A stretch of DNA of 64,000 bases from Phoronis australis (taxonomy: Eukaryota; Animalia; Phoronida). The position numbers and the translations under genes are program-made. Positions within the stretch are counted from its first letter, which is position 1. Each line of letters begins with the position of its first letter. The stretch spans positions 136,977 to 200,976 of the forward strand of contig NMRA01000692.1 of NCBI GenBank assembly GCA_002633005.1. Direction: 5' to 3'. The notes under the pieces are model-generated. The model did not search any database. It worked only from the letters and a program-made list of their open reading frames with translations, and was not told the DNA's origin. Of this stretch, positions 1 through 13,184 are shown piece by piece.

Positions 1-856
1 TTCACACCCAGAATTAAGAGCATAATATTGCAATTTGTACAACCATTTTAGGTTGTATAAGTCACATTTCTTGTCCGATTTTCAAAATTCAAAAACCTGG
101 CACCTGTGCTTTTCACGAACTATATTCAAGTATGCTATTCTTTCAAAACGAAAACTTAAAAATAATATTGTCGCCCCCAGTGAGTTTGCGATGGGTCTGA
201 TTATCTAAAGAACGAGAACATCAGCACTCTGCGGCCATGTAATTAACCACAACAGATCAATGCCTGCAAATTTCGAGGTACGCAAACCAGTCGATTTGCA
301 GCTCAATCTCTACTGTGGTAAGAGTGCCAATTAACGTAGGATTTTTACTACTTTCTGATGACTGAGCTATATCAATAATTACCCACTACACTAGCTGCAT
401 ATTGACAGACAACCACCTTAAAACATTTGAGCTAGAACGTTTTATGTTAAAACATTTTAAACTTGTAATGATGTGAAAGCAAACTGTTTCACGTGAAATG
501 TTTTAATTACACATAATTACATACAAGCATAATAATGTTTATTCTTTTAAAATACAAAAAACATTCAAGTACCAAATGATATGACTGGATAACATCTTGT
601 ATGACAAGTGGACGTGCCATTTAAAACAACTAATGGTTTAAGTTATTGGATTTAAGACAAAGAACGCCGTGGTTAAACTCTGTATTACTTACATTACAAT
701 TGTGGTCCGTAATGCTGGACTTAGATACGCACATACAACACCATTTAACATTTAAAACTTAACCTGTTAGTGGTATGTGAAGAGATTGCATTTTAATTAA
801 GTAAACATTCCAGACTGGACCAAAATGTTTTAGCAATACAGGTTATTACTACATAC

Positions 857-3800
857 TGCCATCTGTTGACTCCTGCAGACACTGACATCTGTTGCTTCAG
901 TCTAGTTATCTCACTCTCCTGCTTTCTATGCAGTTCCTTCAATTGGTTCTCATATTGCTGCTGAAGGTTCAACTGAAAGTTCTCCTGCTGGCTCAAACAT
1001 TTTTCAAGATGTTGCTCAAGTTCCTGCTTCCCCTGTGGAAATACACAGATGCACAAATAACAGTCATTGATTACATGCAGTTACCTGGTAGCTAGAAACC
1101 ACAAGCCGCTGTCAACCATTCTGTTACAAACAACAATTAACTCCCTTCACAGGCGTATTTCACTTTCACCAAACAAAAACTCGATCATATTCTAAATCCA
1201 GAGCTTCACCAGCGGAAGATTTGCCCTGTACCCCTTACAGTAAAATAAGTTTCTAATCAAAAACCATTTCAACAACTGTACCATATTGTTCAATGTGTGG
1301 ATCTCTTCCCGGTACTGCACTCTCTGCTGCGAGCAACGATCAGACACCTGCTTCTCAATCAACTCCCTTAGCTCTCGCTCCTGTCTCTCACACACTTCCT
1401 CCAAACGCTTCCGACACTGCTCTAGCTGGCAGTGGGTTGACCTATTGATCTTTCTACCCAGCTCCTCCTCAACACTCCTCAGTACAGACTTGTGCGTGTC
1501 GCGTAGTTGAGCCTCGTAGTAGCTGTTCATGCTGTCCATTTTGCCGTTTAGTCTCCCCATAGTAGCCTCAAATTCATGGATGATGCTGTTAAAAGTATAA
1601 TTTGCACATGTACACTTAACACCAAGAGGTAACCACACAGAAATTACCTCAAAATTTACCATCTACACTGCAGATCTTCCCTTTGCTCTCGGAAACTTTT
1701 ATGTGAGTATTGCTTGGATTTGACTCTTCGACTTCAAGCTTGAAGCCATATAGTTATGACTCTTCACGGCATGCATTTCATCGCCAGCTGATTATATCAT
1801 AGTTTTCCATGCAGTTATCGTGCTACTCCTCATATAGTTCAAAACGATTGGGCAACAATTTAAGCACAGCTGTCTTAAAAAGAAAAATTGACATCTAATT
1901 TGGTCATGCATGCCATGTATCTATTTGTCATAACATAGTTTAGTTGCATACTATAAGAATTAACCAAGGCATGCGGTATTGTAAATAATGACAAGCATTA
2001 TAAATCTTGTACTCCTCCGAGTACATTAATACGAATGGTCGTTATCTTCAATACGTAACTGATGTTTGTAGTTTTTAGCTTTAAGATATTAGTTCATCGA
2101 TATTTAAAAATCGAAAACCATATTGTACTATCATAGTGATTTTTCACACTGTCGTAACGTTTATTTTTGATGAAAATTATTGGTTTAAGCATTTGAAAGT
2201 TCGTACAGGGAGAGATGTAACAGTTTATGGCCGGGTAATTACACTTAATTTGCCCATGCTCGCACTGGACAATGCAGTCATCAAGACTGCAGCGTTTTAC
2301 AGCTTCAAAAAATAAAAAATGGGGCAATTTGTAAGCAAAACTGAAGAATTTTTACTCAGTGCGAAATTTATTTAAACTTAGGAATTTCATACGTAGTTAC
2401 ACACTTCTGCTCAAGCTGTCTCAATGTTTCCCTGAACATCATTGTCTCCCTCTGTTGGTCCTTGCTATACTTCTCCATCAGATTGACATTTTCCTGTTGG
2501 TACCTGCTTTGTTCACTCGCAAGAACATCCAACTACAATGCAAACACTAACCATTATTCAAACACTTTAGTTAAGGCCCTATCCCATACAGTTAACTTCA
2601 CGACAATGGAAGCTTCGATGTTAACTGTGGTTAATCCTGAAGTTAAGCGTGAGTGTTCACATCAACTTCGGAGTTATAGTTACTGAAGTTATCACAGGGC
2701 AACAATAATGTGACTATCACCTTTTGCAATGCACTCTCAAACGTTTAGGGACTTTTTAAGGAAGAATAGGCCAGCAAACACATAGACTAACTGAAATAGA
2801 ATGCTTATACTTCCAAAATGACAAATATTGGAACAAAAGATCAAAAAAATTAATATTAACCAGTTGGCAAATGCAGTGACATCAAAGTTAGGGTGTTCTC
2901 ATTATACCGAAGCATCAACGCTTCACTGTTCAATCCATCTCTAAAATGGGAGAGTTGAGTCATAACACTGGGACTACTAAATATTGTTTTGATAATTAAT
3001 TTCACCCTCAACTACTTTGCCATTAATCCAAAAGCATTCTTAAAAAAATGAGTTCAATCGATAATTTCTCCCTCAAAAAGTCAGGCATGCTAGCTGATGT
3101 AGAGCAAACTTGGCAAGAATTTTCGGCCAAACTAATTCCAAACCGTTAAGAATAAGCGGAGTTTGAAAAGCTTTGTCAGCATGATTAAGTAGCACTTCTA
3201 AATGGTACTGTTTTTTTATCCTAGTTGCAGTTGTGAATCTAGTCGCAGAGGCAATGTTGGAACACTATCCCTATTACAGGTTTAGGACTGCTGCAGCATA
3301 CCTTATAGGCAGCTGATCATGTGGTGAACATGTTCATAAACACCAGTCAGCCATCAGGGCCTTTATTATCCACATTCTTTGGGGGGGGGGGAAGCTTCTA
3401 TAATTGTGAATTAGTGATGTGTATAATAAGCTGATAAGCCACGCTGGGAACCATACTTTCTGCTCAAGGCTTGGGATTTTGTTGACAAAACGGCTACTCC
3501 AGGAACATTAAAAATTCAAGAACCCGAATAGTCTATAATTTTACTCCTCTATTCAAATTTATGGTTGCCATTGGTTTCATGTCCCAATAAGAAAATGGAA
3601 ATTAGAGCCTGGAAGCTGTTTAGATATGATCTGATAAGAAGCCTGTATTTACCCTCACCACGTGACCTTAGAGAACAGAGTCACTCAATTGATGAGTAGC
3701 CTCCTATTTAGACTGAAATGTCTATTAAGCTGACCACATGGCATTAGACAAATTAAAAAAAATTTCTCCAAATTCATCCTTATTTCCTTTAAAGGGGGAT

Positions 3801-6800
3801 ATTCACAGCATAGTGTGACCTACTATGCAAAACATAATGATAATAACATTAACTAACACTGACATTTACTGCATTGTCAATGAATATGAAATTGTGCATT
3901 TTCATGAGAAAATTTGATAAATAATGATGAAGTTATAACATAGCCATTTGTGCAAATAGTTAAAATCTAGTTTTGTAGATATTTGTAAATGTATATTCTT
4001 GTCAATTGGTGTTCCATATCCTTAGTAGATTACATTAACCAATCACCAATTAGTGACTTTATGTCAGCAATTATCAATTTAATGGTTCCGTCAGACCAGA
4101 TCAATGTACAAGTTATTATGCTTTTTGTAGTTGGTCTGTGTCGCTAAGCCACAAGCTGTAGGCTATCATAGCAGAAATTGAACATTAATAATTATACACA
4201 CTTTGGCACAGTAGTTTTTCAGGCTTTCCTGGTTTCCCTTGCAACAGTCTCTCAGCTCCGACATTCCATGGCTTTGGTTTGACTCCAATACTTCAACATG
4301 CGATCGTAGACTGGCTATTTCAGCATTTTTCTAAGACAACAAGGGAGAACACACACACACACATTGATATATGTATGGTAGAAACTCTTTCACTTGGGAC
4401 AAAAACAATTGCTAAATTTGCCATATTTCTGATTTTTCAGTTGTTTACCACATTGTAGCAAACGCATGAAATTTTACCTCATATTGTTTAGTAATAACCA
4501 ACCATGCTAAAAGTAAAGTTATTTACCTCATTTGTCAAATTTGACAAAATAAAATTTCACTGCCTGCCACACTTGTTGTATGTATAATAGTTGGGAGTGT
4601 TGTGAACCTGCCTCAAGGTATTGTCATGGAACAAAAGGGAGTAATAAACCTTTTATTGAAAGAGGACATGATGTCAACCTAACTGCTCAGTTGTATAATT
4701 TTGTAGTAATAATAGTAATTACAGCTGTCAAATACTGTGAAAGCCTAAAGACCTTGAATGGAAATCAGGCTTGTTTACCTGACCTGAACCCTGCCAAGAC
4801 TCATTCACTGTATACTCACAGAAGCCACTTCCTCTTTCAGATGTTGAAGGCATTCTTTTTCCTTGTCCTTTTCTTTGAGAGCACGCAGAATTTCACTATA
4901 TTGCTCAGTCATATGAGACTCGACTGGTGAACAAAACAATCAATTTCAGTAATGGGAACATGCCAAGTGAATTTATACAGACTTATATGGAACTTAAGTA
5001 ACCCCTTTAAATCATTGGAAAAGTCTTTGCTTCAAAGACAAAATAATAAAACAATCAACAAGTTTGCTGTTTGATTTGGTAGCTTATAATGCATAAAGTT
5101 GTGTATTTCCTGCATGGAGAATGAACATACACAAGTATTAAAAAACAAAGTGGACCTATTCCAAAAATTGAAATTGAAATTTTTCAGCAATTTTTTCCAC
5201 AATCTTTTAAAATTCCTTTGCAACTTTAAATTTATCATAACTTGAATCAAGCTAATTCGGTTGACAACATTTTATTTCCTCCGTTATTGTTGTCAGAGTT
5301 TAAATATTTTCTTGAAGACGTGACTGTACCCAAAGAGACTATAGAACACAACGGCTAAACACAGGCAATAGAAAAAAAGACACATCAACCGCATTCTACA
5401 CAGATAATTTTTGTACATCACAATTTATCATAATTTTTATATGAATTCATACAAGCTGTATTACATGGTATTATGGTTGATAAGAATTCATGTTAACGGT
5501 TGATATACTTTCTCAAGCACTGAAGCTTTAGCAACAATCGTAATAACAATGAGCAAGGATAAATAATTATAAAAATCTGTTTTCATTCAATGACGCCGCG
5601 GCTATGCATGGTCAGCCTGATGTGAACCAATATATCAACCACTTAATTAATGATATGAGCCTGACACGAACCAATATCAACCACAATAAATGAGTGAGCC
5701 TTATATGAATCAATATCAGCCCGATATGTATGAATATCAACCTCAACGCGAGTGTAAAAATGCTCACTCTTCTCCAGGTATTTTTTAAGCGTCCTGTCAT
5801 TACTCCTCAACCCATCCTGAATATTCTCTCTCACAGCTCCAACAGCGTCACTTACTTCTGATGAACACTTCTTCACAGTTGAAACAATAGAATCCAACAA
5901 ATCTCTAAATAAAGAAATAATGAACTTGAAGAAAGACTTTCTCACTTACACTGGTCATTGCCGAGATTCCCTTTGCTCTCAGACAACTTTATAATGTCTA
6001 ACCAGCACGACCTCTATATTTAAGCAAATGAAGCGGAAAGGTAATGGCTAGTACTATTTCCTCACCAATGGTAGTTGTTATTACAATGAAATCAAATTTC
6101 CCTGACATATGAACAGAGCTACAGCCTGAAATGTCGAAAGTATGGGTTTGATTACATTTTAGATATCATGAAATAAGTAAAAAACAGCAACTGGGGTTCA
6201 TCTTGACAAATGGTCATTTCCCAAACGATCGTTGCTTTTGAATATGTTTCCTAATTGTTTCGGTGATCTTATTTTTAATACTCCAGTCTAGTTTGTTTTG
6301 TTTGCCACTGAGCTGAATACCGAACATCATAGTTTTCCGGTTAGCGTGATTAAATACTACTCAAATAAAATAGTTTGACATGAATGGCTGATAAGAGCTG
6401 TCTTAAAAGCTATTTAGATCTAATTTGATCATCGTTGTATTTGTTGTAATGTAGCTTAGTTGTATACAGAAGAATAAACCATGTGGTATTGTTAATTATG
6501 ATCAGCGTTTGGAAATCCTCCGAGTATATTGATACGCACGGTCCCTTAGCTACAATCTGTAACCAATGTTTGTAGTTTTCAGCTTATTAGTTTATTGATA
6601 TTTAAAATCCAAAACCATACTTTGTTGTTTTTTAAAGCTGATTGTATTTATATGCGCTAACTGCGAAGCGATACCGAAGCTAAACCAATAGTGGGAGACC
6701 AAAGAGGGTCACTGACCTGAGAATCAAAACAATATGATAATGAGTACGAGGCAGTATATTTAATACTTAAATAATATTTAATGAAAATTGATGGTCTGAA

Positions 6801-9076
6801 TTTTGAAAATTTGCCAGTATGAATAGGCACAGATGTTAACTATAGTTTTTTTATGGCCAGGTAATTACACTTCATTGGGTATTGCTCGCACAGACAATGC
6901 AGCCATCACAACTGTGTTTGACTCTGGTGCCGCGGTCACTTTGATCCTAGTAAAAACCTCTCAGAACAAGATTAAAGGTGCAGCATTGAAAACTGACGCA
7001 TATCTTTAAAAATGCATGTTTTCCTTGTAAGCGAATTATTCAAGGCATGTAAAGACGAATTTAAATTTAATCTTAGCTATATAAAAAGTCAGTTTTCTTG
7101 GAACGGGCCCTTGGCTTCTTGTAATCTTACACAATGCTGTTGACAATGAATACCACAGCTTTTCCAGGTCTTTTCAATTCCGGCAGTATTTCCTTTCAAT
7201 GAATACATTAAATAAAGCAGAAATAACTTGCCTATCATCCCTCTCCTTAGCCTTGGCCTTGCTTACTTGCATGTGTTGCTGAAAGTTTCTACCAGAACCT
7301 AGACTACTGCTGGCATGACTGTCCTTGTTGAAGATGGACGGCTTGGATATATATCTCTGGTAATGTCTCCGTCCAGGAGACTGGGGAATAGATTTGACAA
7401 TTTACATTGACTTACATTGTCCAGATGACATTTTTCAAGATGTAGTATGCAGGTAGGCCTACAGATCCCAGAGTCAATACTAATGAAATCAGTATAGCAT
7501 TTCATCACCGCTGGCTTACTAAATCATAAACACCAATGAGCCCAGTCACTGGCACCACTCTACCTCTACAAAGTCCTGAGTCACCAACCCACTTGTTATC
7601 GTCCTAAGTTTATGCTAGCAAAAAATAAAAAAATAAAGTAGTTGAGTTGTTACATCTCATTTGCATACCCGTGTATTTTCATCGCTCCACACTCGGGCTT
7701 AATTATACATCACATATTTGCCGACGGGAATGGCAAGTGCATTGATTGTCAACGAAAATATAGGCATATTTGATGAAAAATAGAAATCTGGGAATCCTAC
7801 ACTGAACATTTGGAACAATTTTTGTTGTTGTGAACAACATTACGGGTGATACACGAGTACTGGCATTCCTCTCAGCAAAGACTCAAGAACATACTTTGCT
7901 GAAAAATTTCTGCACTCTCAGGAAACCTGCTGTCACTTCCATTTGACCCTGTATGGAATATTTTTTTATTGTGAAGTGTTAAGAACCAGAGTGATAAGAA
8001 TTAAATGTAACGGGAAACATATGTTAAATAAAACGTGTATTCTCGGCAGCCTTGCATGTGAAGGGCGTGTTCCATCACGAGGTGGTACAATGGGTTGTCA
8101 ATCATCACATATGGTACATGGGCAGACTTAAGTATACAAACAATGGAGATGACCATGTTACAGTGTTGTCGCTGCACTCTTGGGTTGTCACTCGAACCCA
8201 ACGCCATCTTTATGATAGTGCAACGCTATGCTACACTTCACTGTCCGCCATACTGTGTCCTGAATGGTGAGATATTTTACCCGGTACCTGATTGAATTCC
8301 TGTGAGCTGCCAGCTACCAACTGTGAGTCCATTTGTGAGCTTAGATACTGGGAGTTGCTTTGGCTGGACGTGAGAACAGAGTCAGGGAAGTCATAGCGAT
8401 TGCCAAGTACCTGACTGAAGTAGAGATGAACAAATATAAAGAACAAAGAAGGCCAGTAAAATGACTCATCAGGTCTACTGTTTGCGCTGACATATACCAA
8501 TTAACAAACCACCAGGCAACAGTTGGATGTTGAGGTATTAAAGCCATGTGTCATTCTTGCCAATTGTCTGCTACAGCACCAATTGTCTGCTACTGAGCAC
8601 CAATTGTCTGCTACAGCACCAATTGTCTACTACAGCACCAATTGTCTGCTACAGCACCAAATGTCTATTACAGCACCAATTGTCTGCTACAGCACCAATT
8701 GTGTGCTACAGCAACAATTGTCTAGCTGCTACAGCACCAATTGTCAGCTACAGCACCAATTGTCTGCTACAGCACCAAATGTCTACTACAGCACCAAATG
8801 TCTACTACAGCTCCAATTGTCTGCTACAGCACCAATTGTCTGCTACAGCAACAATTGTCTGCTACGGCACCAATTGTCTGCTACAGCACCAATTCCAAAA
8901 CAATATTAACGAAAATTCCGCTTGATCTTGTCAAAGCAAATGATTGATGAGTAATTGACAAGTCACAATGTTCAAAATTTCAAGTTGAGTCAGCATTATC
9001 ATTCTTACACGAGTGGGTCTACTCACCTCGGGTTGGTTGTAAACAAATCCTTTGAGCTTGATAGGTTTGAAAACAT
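857..9076 (-). CDS. IHO1: IHO1/CCDC36-like meiotic coiled-coil protein (spliced; 3' part not traced, probably continues beyond the left edge)
   Basis: Phase-consistent exons: 9076-9027, 8414-8288, 7380-7232 (GC donor AG|GCAAGT), 5904-5768, 4923-4820, 4330-4202, 2532-2393, 1585-1282, 1032-857. Translation: MFSNLSSSKDLFTTNPSQVLGNRYDFPDSVLTSSQSNSQYLSSQMDSQLVAGSSQEFNQSPGRRHYQRYISKPSIFNKDS...NFQQHMQVSKAKAKERDDRDLLDSIVSTVKK..., then a long E/Q/L/K coiled coil. The SQ-rich N-terminus, Y..KP..F and KAK..D...L motifs resemble vertebrate IHO1 (from recall), and the neighbour matches the vertebrate arrangement. The exon structure is more certain than the name. Confidence 0.72.
8561..8893. repeat. 19-bp minisatellite (CAATTGTCTGCTACAGCAC), about 17 copies, in an intron of the IHO1-like gene
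   Basis: Direct tandem copies; explains the repetitive ORFs at 8523-8947. Confidence 0.95.
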
Positions 9077-10569
9077 CTAAAAATAAACATCCCGATTGAA
9101 TGCTCAGTATATATGGTGGTGCAGTTCACCAATATTCATACTCTATTTGCTAAGTTGGCAGTGACAATAAAGATTGACGCAGCGAGTGTCCTACACGGAA
9201 TTTCTGACAAACTGACTGCCAGACCCAAAACATGGATGCCGATCCTCGATCCAAATCGGACCGACTACCGGCAACAGTGTATTCAATACCTTTTCACCCA
9301 ATTTTTGTCAAACAAGCAATTACAGTGGATGGCAAATGTGAGAGGGGAGTTTTTGCTGCCTAATTGCAAATTTGGGACAAACTGACTGGAGCAGGATACT
9401 TTGAGGTGCGGCCATCATCGTTACCAAGACTAAGAATAATTGTTTATGCCCGATTGTTCAACCGTTTCAGCTCATGATGGTCGGATATAGCGATTCCTGA
9501 ACGTGTCAACCAGTGTCCCCGTTTCCACTAATTTATGCAAATTTGAGGGCGACTGAAATGTGAGCCAGCAAAATTTCCAACCAAGTCGCCTGTATTACAA
9601 TAAGACAGAACCGTCTGTAGCCCACTGAACCATCACTGACACTGATTATGCCGCTTACTGACCTACCACGTCGCTGCATGCTTAGCAGGTTGTATACAAC
9701 GGCCGTGTACTGTAGGCCTAGCTACACTTTGTCAACAACAGGACTGTCGAGTGTCAGCATGGACGGTGTCAGTTTCAGCATGCACAATTAGCCCGTAAAT
9801 CCTTCATCACCTGACTCCGACTGGTCTAACTCTAAGTAAGCAAGTAGGCTACGCCAAGGAAAAATTTCAGAATCCAGAGTCGAGACCTTAGAGACTCAGA
9901 TTAGAGTTAGAATAGATCAATTTCACCGTAGACTGTTGTCTATAATTTCACGGGCGATAACGAAAGTAAAGGGGTAGGCCTGTAAATTTTGACGGAGCAA
10001 TTTGCTACCAATCTCATCAATTAAAGTGGTCTCAATTAAAACTTATTTTTGACGGTCAAATGCAAGTTTATTGTAGCGTTAAACTCACAGTAACTGAATT
10101 ATTTTGCACACCGACACCAACTTCTTTTTCGTCTGAGCAGACGACGTGAACTTTTATGTCAAAGGCAAAACAATACTGACCTCTTGTGCCGCTAAGTATT
10201 AGGCTAACACAGAAACTACAAACAGAACGTCAACTTTCACATGGAAGACATATAACAAGTCAAATCACATAAATTAAACTTTAGTTAAGTTCTATACATT
10301 TAAAGTTTGCAATTTTATTAAAATTTTTTATGTGCCTGTGACACATGAGACGGGTTTTGTATTTCAGGGAGAGAATTCGGGAAACACAATTTCGACTGAT
10401 TTTCGTTTGTTTAGCCTAACTCTGATTGCCATACTAACCAAAACTGTTACAATAACGAGCTAATAACACAGAAAGTAAACTAAAAAATGTTTTATCAGGA
10501 CACACACTTATCCCGCTCAAAGTGACCTTTGCTCTCATTCCCCCGAAAAAAGAGAGACCGACATATGAG

Positions 10570-10811
10570 GTGTTTATTTACCTGATAGGTGAACAGGTAT
10601 TGACTGCGTTGCCAGAACTGGTTCCTATTCAGTTTGATTACTGGGTCGTGGCAGTGTACATAGCAACAAGTAAACACTGACGTGTGTATTGTCACTAACC
10701 ACGTTCTGAAGTATAGTGCCCTAGTTGACTTACTACCAATTTGTTTTCATTGATCGTTCACCTTATCGGCCTCATAGATGGTAACTGCTAATTAATAACT
10801 TATAAAGGAGG
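10570..10811. promoter_or_regulatory. Putative bidirectional promoter between the IHO1-like gene (-) and C3orf84 (+), with an RFX X-box-like site next to a forkhead site
   Basis: GTGTACATAGCAAC at 10654-10667 (imperfect X-box with a good half site), followed by GTAAACA at 10670-10676. A possible minus-strand 5'UTR donor CAG|GTAAAT lies near 10581. The IHO1 ATG sits directly after an acceptor, so an upstream non-coding exon is likely. Confidence 0.4.
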
Positions 10812-13184
10812 ATGGCTACAAGCCGAATTGAAGGGAGCTGGGTATGTATAATTAATTATCCGATTCACACTGATGACATGGTTTTGACAAAGAATGAAGG
10901 AGTTATCAATGACAAATAATACCTTGCAGCCAGTCTGAATTGGATATAGCATTACACACACTTATAATTATGACAATTATGTGAATCTAAACTATCCAGA
11001 AATTTGTATTGGCAGTTGACTTAAAACGTTTCAAGTCGAGAGCGGGTGGTTCCTTGCCAACGAGTATCTTGTCATTTATAAATCTTTGTGTTGTGTTTTG
11101 CTCTTTCCAGCCTTTTGAAATAAAAATCAGCAAAATGTGGAAGAAATTCTACAAATAACATGTGACTAATTTTCATTCGAAAGATGTTTGCAAATTTGAG
11201 CACTGCAGTATAGATAAGTTTATTTATGATAATGGCATTCTATTTAATTTTGTGTTTTTCTAGTTTCCAACTGGTTTCTATGGACATTTCCGCAGCAAGT
11301 CTCGAAACGATTTTGTAAATGAATACAGACAGTTAGCTAGACCATCTCCACCAAGAAAATTTGGTAAAAGATGTCAGGTGAGAATTGATTGACCATGACA
11401 TATGGTAAATCTGCGTAATGTTGTATACTACGAGTGCAATGATTCACAGGCTTTTCATCCTATTTTGAGTCAACACGATAATAACTTACATTTAGTTTTC
11501 AGAAATATGTGCTAAATGTGATATGGTAATCCATCTGGGATCCTACAACAGCACTTACATAGAAAATATAGTTCTGATAAGGGCCTAGTCATATTTTACA
11601 AATTTCCAGTGTGACAAAATATATGTGTTTTGCCTTGTTTTGTTTGTGCTTTTCTACCCATTGTTTGATGTTCTGGATACTAAAACTTCACAATGACATC
11701 TTAGGTACCCAATGTTATGTAGACCCTGAGCTGTTAACACGCTACACAATGTGTCAAACTGTAGAAACTTTATTTATGATCGAGATATGTCCCGAATAAT
11801 GGATAAATGATACGCGCGCCGCAAGCTCGTTACCAGAGATCTGTTGTGATGTAATTGCACCTACCTTTGTTTATTTGGGTAATAGCGCATACAAAAACAA
11901 ATTGTTTGAAAGTAACAGATAACATTACAATGAACAAACTTGTAGTCGGAGAAAAGTGTTTCAATAAGACTTAGTAGACTACCTAAGCCCAAAATAAAGG
12001 GTTCAATGAAACTTAGTAGACAGCCTTCAGGCACAAAATAACTGGTTTCAATGTCTCTTGTTTTTGTATCTACTCAAACTGAATACAAGTTTCAACATTT
12101 TGAAGTTGGTGAAATCAAGAGCCTCACATAAATTGTTTGGAGATTATTGTTAGAGAAAACAAGGACACACAACTTCAGAAATTCTTTGTACCTGGAACAA
12201 AGATGCATACAAAAAATTCTGTTTTATTCCCCAAATTGTGCCGAAACTGAACAGTTGATTTTGTTTCAGACAAATCCAGCGACACATAGCTTTTCTCACC
12301 ATGACAACAGACAATCATTTCTCAGTGATGCTCTTTACTTTGAGGAGGTAAGTTAATTGTAGAACTAATTTTACATAAAGTTATTGCATATCTGCCAATA
12401 CATAGACACTTGTAAAGTTTTCACCTTATGAAAATAGCATCACATTTCACATTTTTGTCGTTTTATAATCACCAGTACAAGCGTTCAAGATAATTTTTGT
12501 CCAGGTATAATTATACTCTGACAAAATCAGGTATTGAATATAAGGAGCAGTGAATAAGCTTTGAGCAGTGAATGCCCAATGTATTAATCAGAACATGAGG
12601 ATAAAATTATGGAGTTACCATCAAAAACCAAAGTAATTGGTAATTTGCATAACTAATTTTTAAAAATCTTTCAGGGTCTTGGACGAAGAAGAATACCCCA
12701 AAGTTCAAACCGATATAAGAAGGACTTTATAGCCTGGATACCTCACAAACAAGATCTAGAAGCGTCCGGAACATTACCTTCAACCTATGATTTTGTATAC
12801 GGTGGTGCTTACAAAAAACGCCAAAGGTGTGTTGCCAGGCCAAAAACTAGCTTTGATGATGATCAAAAACCCACAACAACTTACAGGTACGCCCATGGGA
12901 ATGAAGCGCCGAATGGTGAAACTTTGAGGTCAATGAACATGGCCGTTTTAACATCAACTCAGCCTCTGTCCCTCCGTGCAACATCGGCGCGTGGATTTAA
13001 GTCTAGAGACAGCGTGGCTTCATGTCTCACGTGGCATGCACCCCGCCCCCCAGTCAAGCGTAATGTGCCATTGGCTACCCAGACATTTCCACCAGCCAGC
13101 ACTATGGATACAACACAAGCGGTGCCATCTGGACCACCAATGATGCAGCCAAGCCCTCCTCAGGCTGCTGTTATGACAGAGTAA
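10812..13184 (+). CDS. C3orf84: HDNR-domain protein, C3orf84/CIMIP7 (ciliary microtubule inner protein) homolog, 243 aa
   Basis: Four exons joined by phase-0 GT-AG introns: 10812-10841, 11264-11377, 12270-12347, 12675-13184. MATSRIEGSWFPTGFYGHFRSKSRNDFVNEYRQLARPSPPRKFGKRCQTNPATHSFSHHDNRQSF...EGLGRRR...TTYRY...SVASCLTW. This matches recalled C3orf84 motifs (GSW..GFYGH.RS, FS.HDNR.SF, G.GRR, V..CL.W). Confidence 0.85.

Noticed and set aside
5950-6015. Extra IHO1 exon RSCWLDIIKLSESKGNLGNDQ (and its paralogous stretch at 1660-1740)
   Set aside because: It would leave a ~45-nt intron with incompatible phase. The flanking exons already join in frame, and the stretch is part of the duplicated intron block.
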